Shown piece after piece: positions 18,317-28,280 of a DNA stretch of 64,000 nucleotides. Under the pieces are notes generated by a model. That model did no database searches, was not told where the DNA came from, and worked only from the letters and a program-made list of their open reading frames with translations. A program made the translations under genes and the position numbers. Position 1 is the stretch's first letter, and each line of letters starts with the position of its first letter. The stretch comes from Planctomycetota bacterium. Lineage in GTDB: Bacteria > Planctomycetota > Brocadiia > JAADGH01. The stretch spans positions 224,001 through 288,000 of the forward strand of contig JBFMAD010000003.1 in NCBI GenBank assembly GCA_040755855.1, in the 5' to 3' direction.

Positions 18317-19855
18317 ATGCAAAACCGCCGACAATTCCTATCGGCTGCCCTCGCTGGAGCCGGTTTGGCCGCGCTCACGCGAACCGCCCGCGCCCAGGAC
18401 GCGGCGGCCGGATCGAAGCCGAACGTGCTTTTCATCGCCATCGACGACCTGAACGACTGGACGGGCTGCCTCGGCGGCCACCCGGACACCAAGACGCCCC
18501 ACATCGACCGCCTCGCCGCGCGGGGGGTGCTCTTCCAGAACGCCTTCTGCGCGGCCCCGGTGTGCAATCCGTCGCGCACCGCCCTTATGACCGGTGTTCG
18601 TCCTTCAACATCAGGCGTGTACAACAACAGCCAACCGTGGATCCCGGTGCTGCCCGATACCGTCACGCTGGAGCAGCACTTCAAAGCGAACGGATACCAG
18701 GTGATCGGTCGGGGAAAAATCTATCATGGCGGCAAGGAGGGGCAATACCTCTCGCCCAAAGGCTGGCACGAGTACGTCCCGCGGGGGGAGAACCCCTCGC
18801 CGAAGAAGCGCCCCGCCAACGGCATCCCGAACACGGGGCACTTCGACTGGGGACCGGTGACCGCCCCCGATGAGGAGATGGATGATTACAAGGTGGCGCG
18901 GTGGACCGAGGAGCAGCTCCAGAAGAAGTACGACAAGCCCGTCTTCATCGCCTGCGGCTTCGTCAAGCCCCACCTTCCCTGGTTCGTGCCGCAAAAGTAT
19001 TTCGATATGTTCGACCCGGAGAAGATTGCGCTCCCCAACGTCAAGGAGGATGATCTTGACGACGTGCCGGAGATGGGCAAGCAGATGGCGAAGCCCGACG
19101 GCGACCACAAGAGCGTCATCGAGCACAACCAGTGGCGCAAGGCGGTGCAGGGGTATCTCGCCACCATCGCCTTTGTCGATTACTGCGTCGGCATCGTCCT
19201 CGACGCCCTGGACAAGAGTCCGTACGCCAAGAACACCATCGTCGTCCTCTGGGGCGACCACGGCTGGCACCTCGGCGAGAAACTGCACTGGCGCAAGTTC
19301 GCCCTCTGGGAGGAGGCGACGCACGCGCCGCTGCTCATGGTTGCGCCCGGCGTGACGAAGCCCGATGGCCGCTGCCCGCGGACGGTGAGCTTCATGGACA
19401 TCTACCCGACGCTGTGCGACCTCTGCAGCCTGGCCAAGCCCGACCATCTGGAGGGCGTCGGCCTCATGCCCCTCCTCAAGGATCCGCAGGCGCAATGGGA
19501 CCGGCCCGCCCTCACCACGCACGGCAAGGACAATCACACGGTGCGCTCCGAGAAGTGGCGCTACATCCGCTACAGCGACGGCTCGGAGGAACTCTACGAC
19601 GAAGTGAAGGACCCGATGGAATGGACCAACCTGGCCGCCAAGCCGGAACACGCCGACGTGAAGAAGGCGTTGGCCGCCTGGCTGCCCAAGACGAACGCAG
19701 AGAACGCGCCGACCGCAAAGAAGGGAAAGAAAGGCAAGGGCAAGGACAGGAAAGCGGAGAAGAACGACGATGCCGCCCTCGTCCCGCGCCCGGTCCACCC
19801 ATTCCAGGTCAGGGGCGTCGGCCCCCCCGAACCGATCCGGTCGTGGTTGGCGTAG
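18317..19855 (+). CDS. Tat-exported sulfatase
   Basis: NRRQFL twin-arginine signal, IAIDDLND, CNPSR formylglycine motif and GDHGWHLGEK. Confidence 0.93.
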   Translation: MQNRRQFLSAALAGAGLAALTRTARAQDAAAGSKPNVLFIAIDDLNDWTGCLGGHPDTKTPHIDRLAARGVLFQNAFCAAPVCNPSRTALMTGVRPSTSGVYNNSQPWIPVLPDTVTLEQHFKANGYQVIGRGKIYHGGKEGQYLSPKGWHEYVPRGENPSPKKRPANGIPNTGHFDWGPVTAPDEEMDDYKVARWTEEQLQKKYDKPVFIACGFVKPHLPWFVPQKYFDMFDPEKIALPNVKEDDLDDVPEMGKQMAKPDGDHKSVIEHNQWRKAVQGYLATIAFVDYCVGIVLDALDKSPYAKNTIVVLWGDHGWHLGEKLHWRKFALWEEATHAPLLMVAPGVTKPDGRCPRTVSFMDIYPTLCDLCSLAKPDHLEGVGLMPLLKDPQAQWDRPALTTHGKDNHTVRSEKWRYIRYSDGSEELYDEVKDPMEWTNLAAKPEHADVKKALAAWLPKTNAENAPTAKKGKKGKGKDRKAEKNDDAALVPRPVHPFQVRGVGPPEPIRSWLA

Positions 19856-19874
19856 GCATTGGCAGAGCCCCCGC

Positions 19875-21242
19875 CTATGGTTGAGTCTCGTTGAGGAACT
19901 CCTCCACGTTTGTGTAGCCGTCGCCGTCCTTGTCTTTTGGACCGTCGGATGGATCGTTCGGATTGAGGCCGTGCGCGGTTTCCCACTCATCGGGTATGCC
20001 GTCGTGGTCGGAATCAGGCAGCGGGGCAGCGGACCTGTATTCGGGCCAGCCGCCGACCTCGCTTGTGCTGTTGATGATCCTCCCCGTGCCTTCCCGCACA
20101 TCCTTGACGATTCGCGCGTCCACCGCGTCGCGCACCGGCCTCGTTGCACCCGCCGAAAGCAAGACGGCTTCGTAGGAGGCGTGCGCATCCTCAGTCGTTG
20201 CGCCGGGAAATGGGAATGGCTCCTTCACCCGAACCTTCCCCTCGCCGAGTGTCTTCATGTCCCACACCATTTTCCAGTTGTCATCCCGCCCATCGAGGTT
20301 ATTGGGGCCTATGTTGCCCGCGAGAAAGACTTGCGGACAGCCTCCGGAACCTTTTCGGTCGAGATCAATCGCAAGCTCCTTCTCGGACGTGCTGTTGGTC
20401 CCACGCTTGAGGTAGTTGCCCATATAGTTGAGCCGGATGTTCCCTGCGGCCACCGAGGCGCATGTCCCGAAGTTGTAGACGACGTTGTTGCGGCAATCCA
20501 GGTCCGAAGGGCTTTGGACGGAGTCAATCTGCAGAAGCGGGTTGCGCATGTTGTTGTGCGCCATGAGACAGTGGTGGATCGTCACCCGATTCGTGCTGCG
20601 CCCGATGAGCAGGCCCATGCTGTGCGGAACCTTGCCCTTGGCGGCGTGGCTCTTGGGATGCAGACTCCAGAGCAACCCCTCGGCCACGATGCACCATTGG
20701 ATGGTGATGTCGTGAGGTGTGGCCCAGGTCGAGACATTCTCATCAATGGCCCAACTGAACGAGCAATGGTCCACCATGATATTGTGAACGTCAGAGCCCT
20801 CGATCTTCAAGGCATCGCGGTTCTCCGGGCTAACGCCCGAAGGACCGTCTCCTACGCGGGCGCGGATGAAGCGGATTACGACGTCATGCGTGCACACGCG
20901 CAGCGTCCCACTCTTCAGGCATATCCCGTCGCCCGGGGCGCTTTGACCGGCGATGGTGAGGAACGGATTGCTGATCTTGATGTCGGTCTGCAGCTCGATG
21001 AGTCCCCCTATGCGAAAGACGACGATGCGGGGACCTTCCGCATAGCAGGCCTGCCGCAGGCTGCCGGGGCCGTCGTTGGCAAGCGTAGTCACCTCGACGA
21101 CCCTCCCGCCTCGCCCGCCAAGCGCCGAGGCGCCAAAGCCCTCCGCCCCCGGGAAGGCGGGAACTTTGCTCGTCTCATCGGCGGCGGAAAATGAGAGAAA
21201 AGCGGATATAAATGAAATCAGGAGAACAATCTTGGGGTTCAT
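19875..21242 (-). CDS. Pectate lyase (PL1-like)
   Basis: Signal peptide, PAFPGAEGFG...GGRGG, DHCSFSWAIDE, RNP and DSDHDGIPDEWE. Confidence 0.88.
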   Translation of the reverse strand: MNPKIVLLISFISAFLSFSAADETSKVPAFPGAEGFGASALGGRGGRVVEVTTLANDGPGSLRQACYAEGPRIVVFRIGGLIELQTDIKISNPFLTIAGQSAPGDGICLKSGTLRVCTHDVVIRFIRARVGDGPSGVSPENRDALKIEGSDVHNIMVDHCSFSWAIDENVSTWATPHDITIQWCIVAEGLLWSLHPKSHAAKGKVPHSMGLLIGRSTNRVTIHHCLMAHNNMRNPLLQIDSVQSPSDLDCRNNVVYNFGTCASVAAGNIRLNYMGNYLKRGTNSTSEKELAIDLDRKGSGGCPQVFLAGNIGPNNLDGRDDNWKMVWDMKTLGEGKVRVKEPFPFPGATTEDAHASYEAVLLSAGATRPVRDAVDARIVKDVREGTGRIINSTSEVGGWPEYRSAAPLPDSDHDGIPDEWETAHGLNPNDPSDGPKDKDGDGYTNVEEFLNETQP

Positions 21243-21249
21243 GAATCTC

Positions 21250-23382
21250 TCATCTTTGCACTGGTTCCGTCGGTTTTGGATTTTGGAGCTTTGGTTTTGG
21301 ATTCGGGGCGAGCTTCGGGTGATATCGGTATGCGGGAAGGGCCTTGCCCTCGTCGGCCATAACACAGGCATATCCGGTCACGGGCACATACAGGATGCGC
21401 CAGGCATGGTCGGCGAGGATCAGGTCGTCCCTCTGCGCGAGGCATGACTCCAGGGCCTCCTTGCCGCGCGGTCCGAGGGCGAGTAGCGCATTTCCGATGG
21501 GCCGGAACGTCCAGTCGTCATCCTTCGTGCAGGATCGAAACGCCCCGGTCAATGCACCGACGACGTCATGATCCGTTTGGCCCAGCCATTGCGGACTGTT
21601 TCGGCAGAGCGATCCGAGCGACACGGCGCAGGCCGACCGCACTGTCGGGTGCGGGTCCGACACCCCCTTGATTAGCGCCGCGATAACCTGCGCGTCGCCG
21701 GGGAAGCGCACCAGGGCGCGGGCGGCGTAGAAGCGAACCTCCGCATCGGGGTCGGCTATTGCGTCCAGCAGAACCGCGCGGGCCTCCGGCCGCCGGAGGC
21801 CGCGGCCGAGGGCGTTGGCTGTGACGCGGCGAACCTCGACATGCTCATCCTTCAGTCCCTTCAAGAGATCCACCGTTCGCTCCTGCGGCATGTTCGCCAG
21901 CGCGGATGTCGCGGCGTTCGCAAACTGGAAATTGCCGTGTTTGCGGATTGCGCCATACACCTTGAGAACAGACTCCGGCCCGTTGATCGTCGCCAGCGCC
22001 TCCGCCGCCTTGCAGCGCACGCCATGCTCCGCATCGTCCAACGCCGCCTCGATGTCCGGCAAGGCGGCGATCTCCTTCCGGTCAACCACGGCCCGAATCG
22101 CCTGGCGGCGGACCAGCAGGTTCGGATCATGCAGGGCGGCAATCAGATCCTTCGCCGGAACCTCCATCTTCCCGGCGGCGGCCTGCTGCAACGCCCGCAT
22201 CCTGGCAAGGGGATCGTTGCCCTTCAGCGCTTCGCCGGTCTGGTCCTCCTTGCATCCCCGCTCGATCTCGGCATAGGCCCCGCTCATGACGTTGCGCACG
22301 CCCGCTTTGGCGAAGTGCTGGTGCTGCGGGAGGAAGGCCGGTCCGCGGACCGTGGAGACTGCGCACGGGGTTCCCTTCGTCACGGCAAGGGCGTCGTTGA
22401 TTGCGGCCTCGGTCACGCCCCCGCAATAGACCATGATCTCGTCCACGATCCCTTCGCGCACCCATCGCTCCCAATCGAGATAGATGCGCCCCGTGACGAG
22501 AAAGTCCCGCGGCTTCACGCAGAGCCACGGCGCGGGGTAGTGGGTGTCCTGCGGGTCAATGGCCACGCCCAGCCTTTTGCCCGACTGCCGCAGGCGGTCC
22601 TTCAACTCGCGGAGGAACTGCGTCACATACTCCCCGCGCAGGCGATACCACGCATGCCGGTCGAAGACCTCCGTGCGGATGTCCTGCCCATACCGCCGCT
22701 TGAACTCCTCGACGATGACGTCGTTGAACCCATACTCGTCCTGGAACCAGATGTTCAGGTGCTCGACGTAGGTGTAGAGCATGAGGCCGTCGTAGTTGCC
22801 CTTCTCCACGAGCGCGGCGAACCCATCAACGAGCGTCCTGCGCACCTCGGGGTATGCGAACTCCATCGGTCCCGACTGTCGCCGGATGCCGTAGCGATCC
22901 ACCGGGACGTACTCGGGATGCTTCACCCGCAGGTTGTGCTCGATGGGCGATGGCCCGATCCCCTTGGCGGCGTCGGACGCGGCCTGCGCCCCGTGGTCGA
23001 ACAGGGCGGTGTAGCCCCAGATCGTCATGCCGCGGTCGTGGGCGGCCTGGACGGCCATGCGCGACGTGCCGATCTCCTTGGCGAGGCGCTTCTCCCACAT
23101 CCAGAACCCATAGTATAGAAAGTTCTCCGGACGGACGAGGTAGTTGTCCGCGATGTACTCGCTCTGGAATCCCCGCCAGTAGATGCGATCCACGCCGTGC
23201 GCCTTTTGCAGGCAGTCGAACACCGCCTCGATGGCGGCCTTCGTTTGGACAGGCGGGCTGTCCCACAGCCAGTCGTTGTCGCCCGTGCTGATGTAGCATC
23301 CGGCCGGGGAAGATTCCTGTGCGCCGGCAGGAGAAAATATATAGAGGCACAAAAGGAAGATGGTCAGAGAGATTTGTTTCAT
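21250..23382 (-). CDS. Secreted glycoside hydrolase-like TIM barrel (DUF187/GHL10-like) with HEAT repeats
   Basis: Signal peptide; AAHDRGMTIWGY, FAYPEVR and YLDWERWVREGIVD, then HEAT repeats (VRRQA, VRCKAA, VRFYAA). Confidence 0.7.
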   Translation of the reverse strand: MKQISLTIFLLCLYIFSPAGAQESSPAGCYISTGDNDWLWDSPPVQTKAAIEAVFDCLQKAHGVDRIYWRGFQSEYIADNYLVRPENFLYYGFWMWEKRLAKEIGTSRMAVQAAHDRGMTIWGYTALFDHGAQAASDAAKGIGPSPIEHNLRVKHPEYVPVDRYGIRRQSGPMEFAYPEVRRTLVDGFAALVEKGNYDGLMLYTYVEHLNIWFQDEYGFNDVIVEEFKRRYGQDIRTEVFDRHAWYRLRGEYVTQFLRELKDRLRQSGKRLGVAIDPQDTHYPAPWLCVKPRDFLVTGRIYLDWERWVREGIVDEIMVYCGGVTEAAINDALAVTKGTPCAVSTVRGPAFLPQHQHFAKAGVRNVMSGAYAEIERGCKEDQTGEALKGNDPLARMRALQQAAAGKMEVPAKDLIAALHDPNLLVRRQAIRAVVDRKEIAALPDIEAALDDAEHGVRCKAAEALATINGPESVLKVYGAIRKHGNFQFANAATSALANMPQERTVDLLKGLKDEHVEVRRVTANALGRGLRRPEARAVLLDAIADPDAEVRFYAARALVRFPGDAQVIAALIKGVSDPHPTVRSACAVSLGSLCRNSPQWLGQTDHDVVGALTGAFRSCTKDDDWTFRPIGNALLALGPRGKEALESCLAQRDDLILADHAWRILYVPVTGYACVMADEGKALPAYRYHPKLAPNPKPKLQNPKPTEPVQR

Positions 23383-25337
23383 GGGATCAATCCGTTTAAG
23401 AGGTAGACTGCGCTCACCTTCGTCTTTCCTTTGACGGGGATGTCCCCGATGGGGGTCACATTCACGTGTTGTTTCACAAGTTCATATGTGCTCTGGCTGA
23501 TGAGGATTGGTATGGGGCAGTCGTCGGAGCGGTACTGTTTGGTCAGCGACTCCAACCGCGCGGCGTAGTTGATCGTGTCGCCGATGACGGCATAGTCCAT
23601 GTGCTCGGCGGCGCCGATGTTGCCTATCTTTGTCTCTCCGGTGTTGAGGCCGATGCCGATGGCAAAGGTCTTGAGGCCGCGCTTTTGGCGGGATTCCATG
23701 AGCGCGCCCAGCGCCTCGCGCATCTCGAGAGCGGCCTTGACGGCGTTGAGGGGGTCGGTCGGTCGTTCGAGCGGCGCGCCCCATGTGGCGAGAATCTCGT
23801 CGCCCACAAACTGGTTGATGCCGCCGTTGTGTTTGAGGACGATTTTCACCATCGCATCGAAATACTCGTTCAGCATCTCCACGGTTTCGCGCGCGCCGAG
23901 TTCCTCGGTGATTGTCGTGAAATCCCGGATGTCGGATAGCAGCACGGTGACCTGCTTGGTTTGTCCCTCGAACATCCCATCCTCCGACGTTTGCAGGATC
24001 TCTTCTACGATGTCGGTCGAGAGGTAGCGCGTGAGCATGCCTCTCATGCGGGCCTTTTCGCGCTCTTCGGCAAAGAACCGATAGGTTACGGCGGCTGTGT
24101 AGAGGGAGACCATATTCACGACCGGCGCGACGACCGCAATCCACACATTCGCAAAAGAGAATAATATCCAGGCGACCAATAGGTAACCAATTACCAAGCC
24201 TGCCGCCATGATCGCACCCAGGAAGAGGGATCGGTGCGCGCAGAGGATGGTAAAGACCAGGGACAAAAGCGCCAGGATACAGAGCGTGACCCACAGCCCT
24301 GGCCGACGCATGAAATCACAGTTCAGAATGTTGTTCACGACGTTTATATGCGCCGCCACGCCGTAGAGTTTGCCCAGCGGCGTGATGTGCACATCGTCCG
24401 TCCTGCGAACGTCGGCAATGAAAACAACCTTGTCCTGGAGCTTCTTCTTCAGGTCGGTTTCCGGCTTTTCGCCTGCCTGCCGGTGCATTTCGCTCCGCAG
24501 CGCCAGGATGAAGGACGTATGGCGGGCCGCAAGTTCTCGTTCGCCCGCGCGAAAATTCACGATCATCCGACCGGTTCGGTCAATAGGGATGCGAATCGTC
24601 TTGCCATCGGGGGAATTGAGCGTGATATGCCGACCGGGTTTCACCTTGATATCTCGAACGTTTACGCCGAGATAGCGACATGCCGCGGCGAGAGATAGGG
24701 CGGGATAGATATGGTCGCGGTAGCGGATCACCATCGGGATGCGCAGCAGTGTGCCGTCGCTCTCCGGCGGCGCGTTGACGAAGCCGACCTGCCCCTCGCG
24801 TTGCAGCGGTTCAATGGGCCAGCGCGGGGTGACGCCTTCGATCAGATGACGATCCCCTTCCTCCACTGGACGGATCGCCAGTGGGCGGATCGGTTCCCTG
24901 GCATCGGCTTCTGAATCGGGGGCGGGCTGACCGAGGTCGAAATAGAAGGAAGCGATGGCGCCGGGCCAATGCTCGAAGGCCGCTCCGAGCGCGCTGTCCC
25001 CATCGGGGGACTTTGGGCGGGAAAACACCAGGTCCAAGGCCATCGCCTTCGCCCCATGATAGGCCAGGGCCTGGACCATCACGGCGTAGAACTCCCGCGG
25101 CCACGGCAGTTCCATCTCGGACATCTCGACGTCCGCGTCCGAAATGCCCACTAACTCAATGTCCGGATGGATTCCTCTCTCTCCGCGCAGTCGGAAGCGG
25201 TAGTAACCCGACTTCAGTTCCAGTTCCTCGAAGACGTTGAGCGCTAACAGGAGTGTGCATGCCGCGAAGATGAACAGCCCGATGCCGATGCTGCTTAGCC
25301 AGCGCTGCCGTGTGGAGTGTTGCGGTGATCCTTGCAT
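23379..25337 (-). CDS. CHASE2-domain adenylate/guanylate cyclase
   Basis: LPWPREFYA, three TM segments, VLLSDIRDFT, FVGDEI, GIGLNTG and IGDTINYAARLE. Confidence 0.92.
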   Translation of the reverse strand: MQGSPQHSTRQRWLSSIGIGLFIFAACTLLLALNVFEELELKSGYYRFRLRGERGIHPDIELVGISDADVEMSEMELPWPREFYAVMVQALAYHGAKAMALDLVFSRPKSPDGDSALGAAFEHWPGAIASFYFDLGQPAPDSEADAREPIRPLAIRPVEEGDRHLIEGVTPRWPIEPLQREGQVGFVNAPPESDGTLLRIPMVIRYRDHIYPALSLAAACRYLGVNVRDIKVKPGRHITLNSPDGKTIRIPIDRTGRMIVNFRAGERELAARHTSFILALRSEMHRQAGEKPETDLKKKLQDKVVFIADVRRTDDVHITPLGKLYGVAAHINVVNNILNCDFMRRPGLWVTLCILALLSLVFTILCAHRSLFLGAIMAAGLVIGYLLVAWILFSFANVWIAVVAPVVNMVSLYTAAVTYRFFAEEREKARMRGMLTRYLSTDIVEEILQTSEDGMFEGQTKQVTVLLSDIRDFTTITEELGARETVEMLNEYFDAMVKIVLKHNGGINQFVGDEILATWGAPLERPTDPLNAVKAALEMREALGALMESRQKRGLKTFAIGIGLNTGETKIGNIGAAEHMDYAVIGDTINYAARLESLTKQYRSDDCPIPILISQSTYELVKQHVNVTPIGDIPVKGKTKVSAVYLLNGLIP

Positions 25338-25480
25338 AATCGCTGCGCGAAGTTCTCAAGCCAATCCGTGCCGGGATTCTACCAAGCCGGAGAACCGAGT
25401 GCAATGGCAAACGAAGGAGAAAAGGCTGCGGGCGAGGCGCACTTTGGAGTGTGTCTCGCCCGCAGATGATCGCGGTGGTA

Positions 25481-27934
25481 TCAACACCCGATGCACTTGG
25501 CAAAGGCGTTCTGGGCGTAGGCGCCGCCCCCGCCGGGCTTGCTCACCTTGAGCATGTTATTCGCGCCGGGCATCGTGTTCGAGCCGCCGATCTGGCCGAC
25601 AAGCCTGCCGTTTATGTTCACGTTTCCAAAGACCCCGGCAAGCAACGAGCCGGTCAGGTCGCCGGAGATACAGATACTCGCACGTTCCGCCGATCCCGTC
25701 ACATCAAATGTCCCGGCAAGGCCGCCTGTCACCAGTGCGACTTTCTGCAGGCTGCCGAGAGTGACAGAGGATCCGGCTTCAATGCCTTGAGACTCGCCAC
25801 CGAGAATCTGAACGCTCCCTACGTTTCCGCCCAACGCAAGGGTGGAGTTACCCTTGACGCCTCCTATGGCGCGGAACAGGGCCGTATTGCCTGTGACATG
25901 GACGAAGGAGTTATTCCCAATGGGGCCGTTGATGAGGCACTGCCGCAGGTCGCCGTTCACGTTCAACAGGCTGCCGCTTAGGCCCCCTGACAGGAGCATC
26001 GTGGTTGCGTTGCCCTGGATGGCGAAGAGGGAATTAGTCTGGCCGTGTAAGGCGGTAATCATGGCTGCGTTGCCGCCGACGCAAACGAAGGAGTTGCTTA
26101 TGCTCTTGCCGAATCGCAGGTTGGACACATTGCCGGAGACGGCCAGCCTGCCGCCGGCGAAGTCGCCGTTGAACGTGGCGTTGGTCAGGTTGCCGCCCAC
26201 CTTCACCATGAGGCCGTCCGCCGCGCCTTGGATGGTGAGCATGGCGAGGTCCAGATCAATCGAGATGTCGGCCTTCACAGCGCCGCGCGGCTCGGCCAGC
26301 ATAATCGCTCCGAAGGAGCCTCCCGTTGCGAAGATATGCCCCACGTTCAGGGTGTCGCCTCCCACGCCGGGGTTCATGTCGCGTATCGTGAGCATGGAGT
26401 TCTGCGCAGAATTGGTGATCTCAATGCTCGTGATCTCGTCGTCGGCGTTCGGCACGCCGCCGCCGTTTTTCCACTGGACGTCGGCCTTGCCCAGCCCGGA
26501 GTAGATCAACTTGACCAGATCGCCGTCGGAATCGCTGAACATGAAGGCTGAATTATCCTTGCTCAACTTGATGGAGGGAAGATACTTGCGGATGTAGATT
26601 TCGCCCATCCCTTGGGGGTTGTTCCACCACGTAACAACCGGCCGTTCGTCATGTCCGACTGCAATTGAGGGCATCCAGGAGCAGGGCTGGTCGTTGCTGA
26701 TCCCGCCGCCGACGGCGCTTCCCTTGCCCCACTCAACCCATGCCGAGCCGTTCCAGCCGCGAACAAGGATTTCGGAGTCGTTCCCGTCCCAGCCCTCCCA
26801 CGCGAGAAAGACATTGCCCCCAGGGCTTGTTGCGAGGGAGGGGTGTGTGCCGCCGCAACGGCCGCTCACGCCATAATACTTGGCGCTGTCCTTCCCCATG
26901 TCGGTCCATCCCCAGCCATCCCACCGCGTCAGATAGATCTTGGCGTTTTCCGTCCAGGCAATAATCGGGTTTCCGTCCGCTCCGGTTGTGATCGTCGGCT
27001 CTGCGGACCACGCCTTCGAGCAGCTTAACCCGCCGCCCGATGCGCTGTGCACGCCCATCTCCGCCCAGGCGTTCCCGTCCCATTTGCGGACATAGATATC
27101 GGGCAGATTGTTTGCGTTCGGTTGAACTTTCTCCCACGTGACGACGGGGTTTCCATCGCCGGCTACCGTAATTGCAGGATGCCTCGATGGGTCAACCGTG
27201 TTGCTGATTCCGCTTTCTCTGCAGCTATTCGCCCCCACCTCCACCCATGCCTCGCCGTCCCATCGTCGGACATAGATCTGATTGATCAAACCGTTGCCCG
27301 TGTTATATTGATCCTGCCAGGCCACGATGGGGTTGTCATCGTGATCAAGGGCGATGGAAGGATAGAGCGATTGCCACTCATTCTTGCTGATTCCTCCTCC
27401 GGATGCGCTCTCCACGCCCATCTCCACCCATTCGGCGCCGTCCCAGCGGCGAACGTAGATTTCTTCGGTTGAGGACGGATCGCCCTTCTCCCACAGGCTG
27501 CCATCGTGCCACGCGACAATCGGGTTGCCGTCGCGCCCGATTGCGATGCACGGACTCGCCGCGTCGGTCTTGCTGTTGTTGCTGATGCCATCGCCGGAGG
27601 CGCTGCCGCTTCCCATCTCGACCCACGAAGCGCCGTCCCAGCGGCGGACGTAAATCTGATAACAGAAAGTGCCTATGTCATATTCCTGCCAGGCGACGAC
27701 GGGCTTCCCGTCCGGCCCTATTGCCATTGCGGGTTCCACGGACTTTGTCGGTGTATCGCTGATCCCGCCGCCCGTGGCGCTTCCTTTGCCCATCTCTGTC
27801 CAGCAGTCTCCCGCGTTGAGATCAATCCAGTCCGGCCCGCCCATCCACGGAGGAAGGACGCCACTAAAAGGGGCGGGGACGGTTCGGCTTTCAAGCTCCT
27901 CGACCCGCAGATTGGTCTCAATTCTTGTTCCCAT
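25481..27934 (-). CDS. LEPR-XLL-type extracellular protein: seven-repeat beta-propeller plus beta-helix region
   Basis: N-terminal LRVEELESRTVPA; seven ~60-aa repeats (W.EMG..SA.GGGIS...P.VAW...IYVRRWDG); DSDGDLV motif followed by xxGN/GD strand repeats. Confidence 0.8.
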   Translation of the reverse strand: MGTRIETNLRVEELESRTVPAPFSGVLPPWMGGPDWIDLNAGDCWTEMGKGSATGGGISDTPTKSVEPAMAIGPDGKPVVAWQEYDIGTFCYQIYVRRWDGASWVEMGSGSASGDGISNNSKTDAASPCIAIGRDGNPIVAWHDGSLWEKGDPSSTEEIYVRRWDGAEWVEMGVESASGGGISKNEWQSLYPSIALDHDDNPIVAWQDQYNTGNGLINQIYVRRWDGEAWVEVGANSCRESGISNTVDPSRHPAITVAGDGNPVVTWEKVQPNANNLPDIYVRKWDGNAWAEMGVHSASGGGLSCSKAWSAEPTITTGADGNPIIAWTENAKIYLTRWDGWGWTDMGKDSAKYYGVSGRCGGTHPSLATSPGGNVFLAWEGWDGNDSEILVRGWNGSAWVEWGKGSAVGGGISNDQPCSWMPSIAVGHDERPVVTWWNNPQGMGEIYIRKYLPSIKLSKDNSAFMFSDSDGDLVKLIYSGLGKADVQWKNGGGVPNADDEITSIEITNSAQNSMLTIRDMNPGVGGDTLNVGHIFATGGSFGAIMLAEPRGAVKADISIDLDLAMLTIQGAADGLMVKVGGNLTNATFNGDFAGGRLAVSGNVSNLRFGKSISNSFVCVGGNAAMITALHGQTNSLFAIQGNATTMLLSGGLSGSLLNVNGDLRQCLINGPIGNNSFVHVTGNTALFRAIGGVKGNSTLALGGNVGSVQILGGESQGIEAGSSVTLGSLQKVALVTGGLAGTFDVTGSAERASICISGDLTGSLLAGVFGNVNINGRLVGQIGGSNTMPGANNMLKVSKPGGGGAYAQNAFAKCIGC

Positions 27935-28004
27935 TTTCGCGCTCCTGTTTCCTGTTCCCTGGTGTCAATCTTCTTTGCTTTGCATCACGTCTGGGCAGGA
28001 AGAA

Positions 28005-28020
28005 AGCAAGAGTCGTGCCA
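28005..28020 (-). promoter_or_regulatory. Sigma-54 (-24/-12) promoter
   Basis: Minus strand TGGCACGACTCTTGCT, matching TGGCACG-N4-TTGCW, about 70 bp upstream of the 27934 start. Confidence 0.85.
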
Positions 28021-28217
28021 GAATTAGCAAAAAGTGCTATTATGGCCGAATTGGGCTAATGAAGGCAAAATACGGGCAAGTTTAGGAAACGGAGACATGC
28101 GCCAGGGCAGGAAAATAGCAAAATAGTTTGACACCTTTTTGGGCATTGTGCAACTATAATAATATTTTGCACTTGCCACCAGGTGCGCCATCCCTCACAC
28201 GGCGAATCCCAGGCGCG

Positions 28218-28246
28218 AGGGGCGGGCACACAGGCCCGCCCCCACA
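28218..28246. repeat. REP-like palindrome related to the 9723-9800 REPs
   Basis: Reverse complement reads GTGGGGGCGGGCCTGTGTGCCCGCCCC. Confidence 0.6.
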
Positions 28247-28280
28247 ATCGCTTGCTCGAATTGGATTTGAGCAACAGACC

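Noticed and set aside
21274..21303. TTTTGGA heptamer repeats
   Set aside because: A short degenerate repeat in a gene tail with no further structure.
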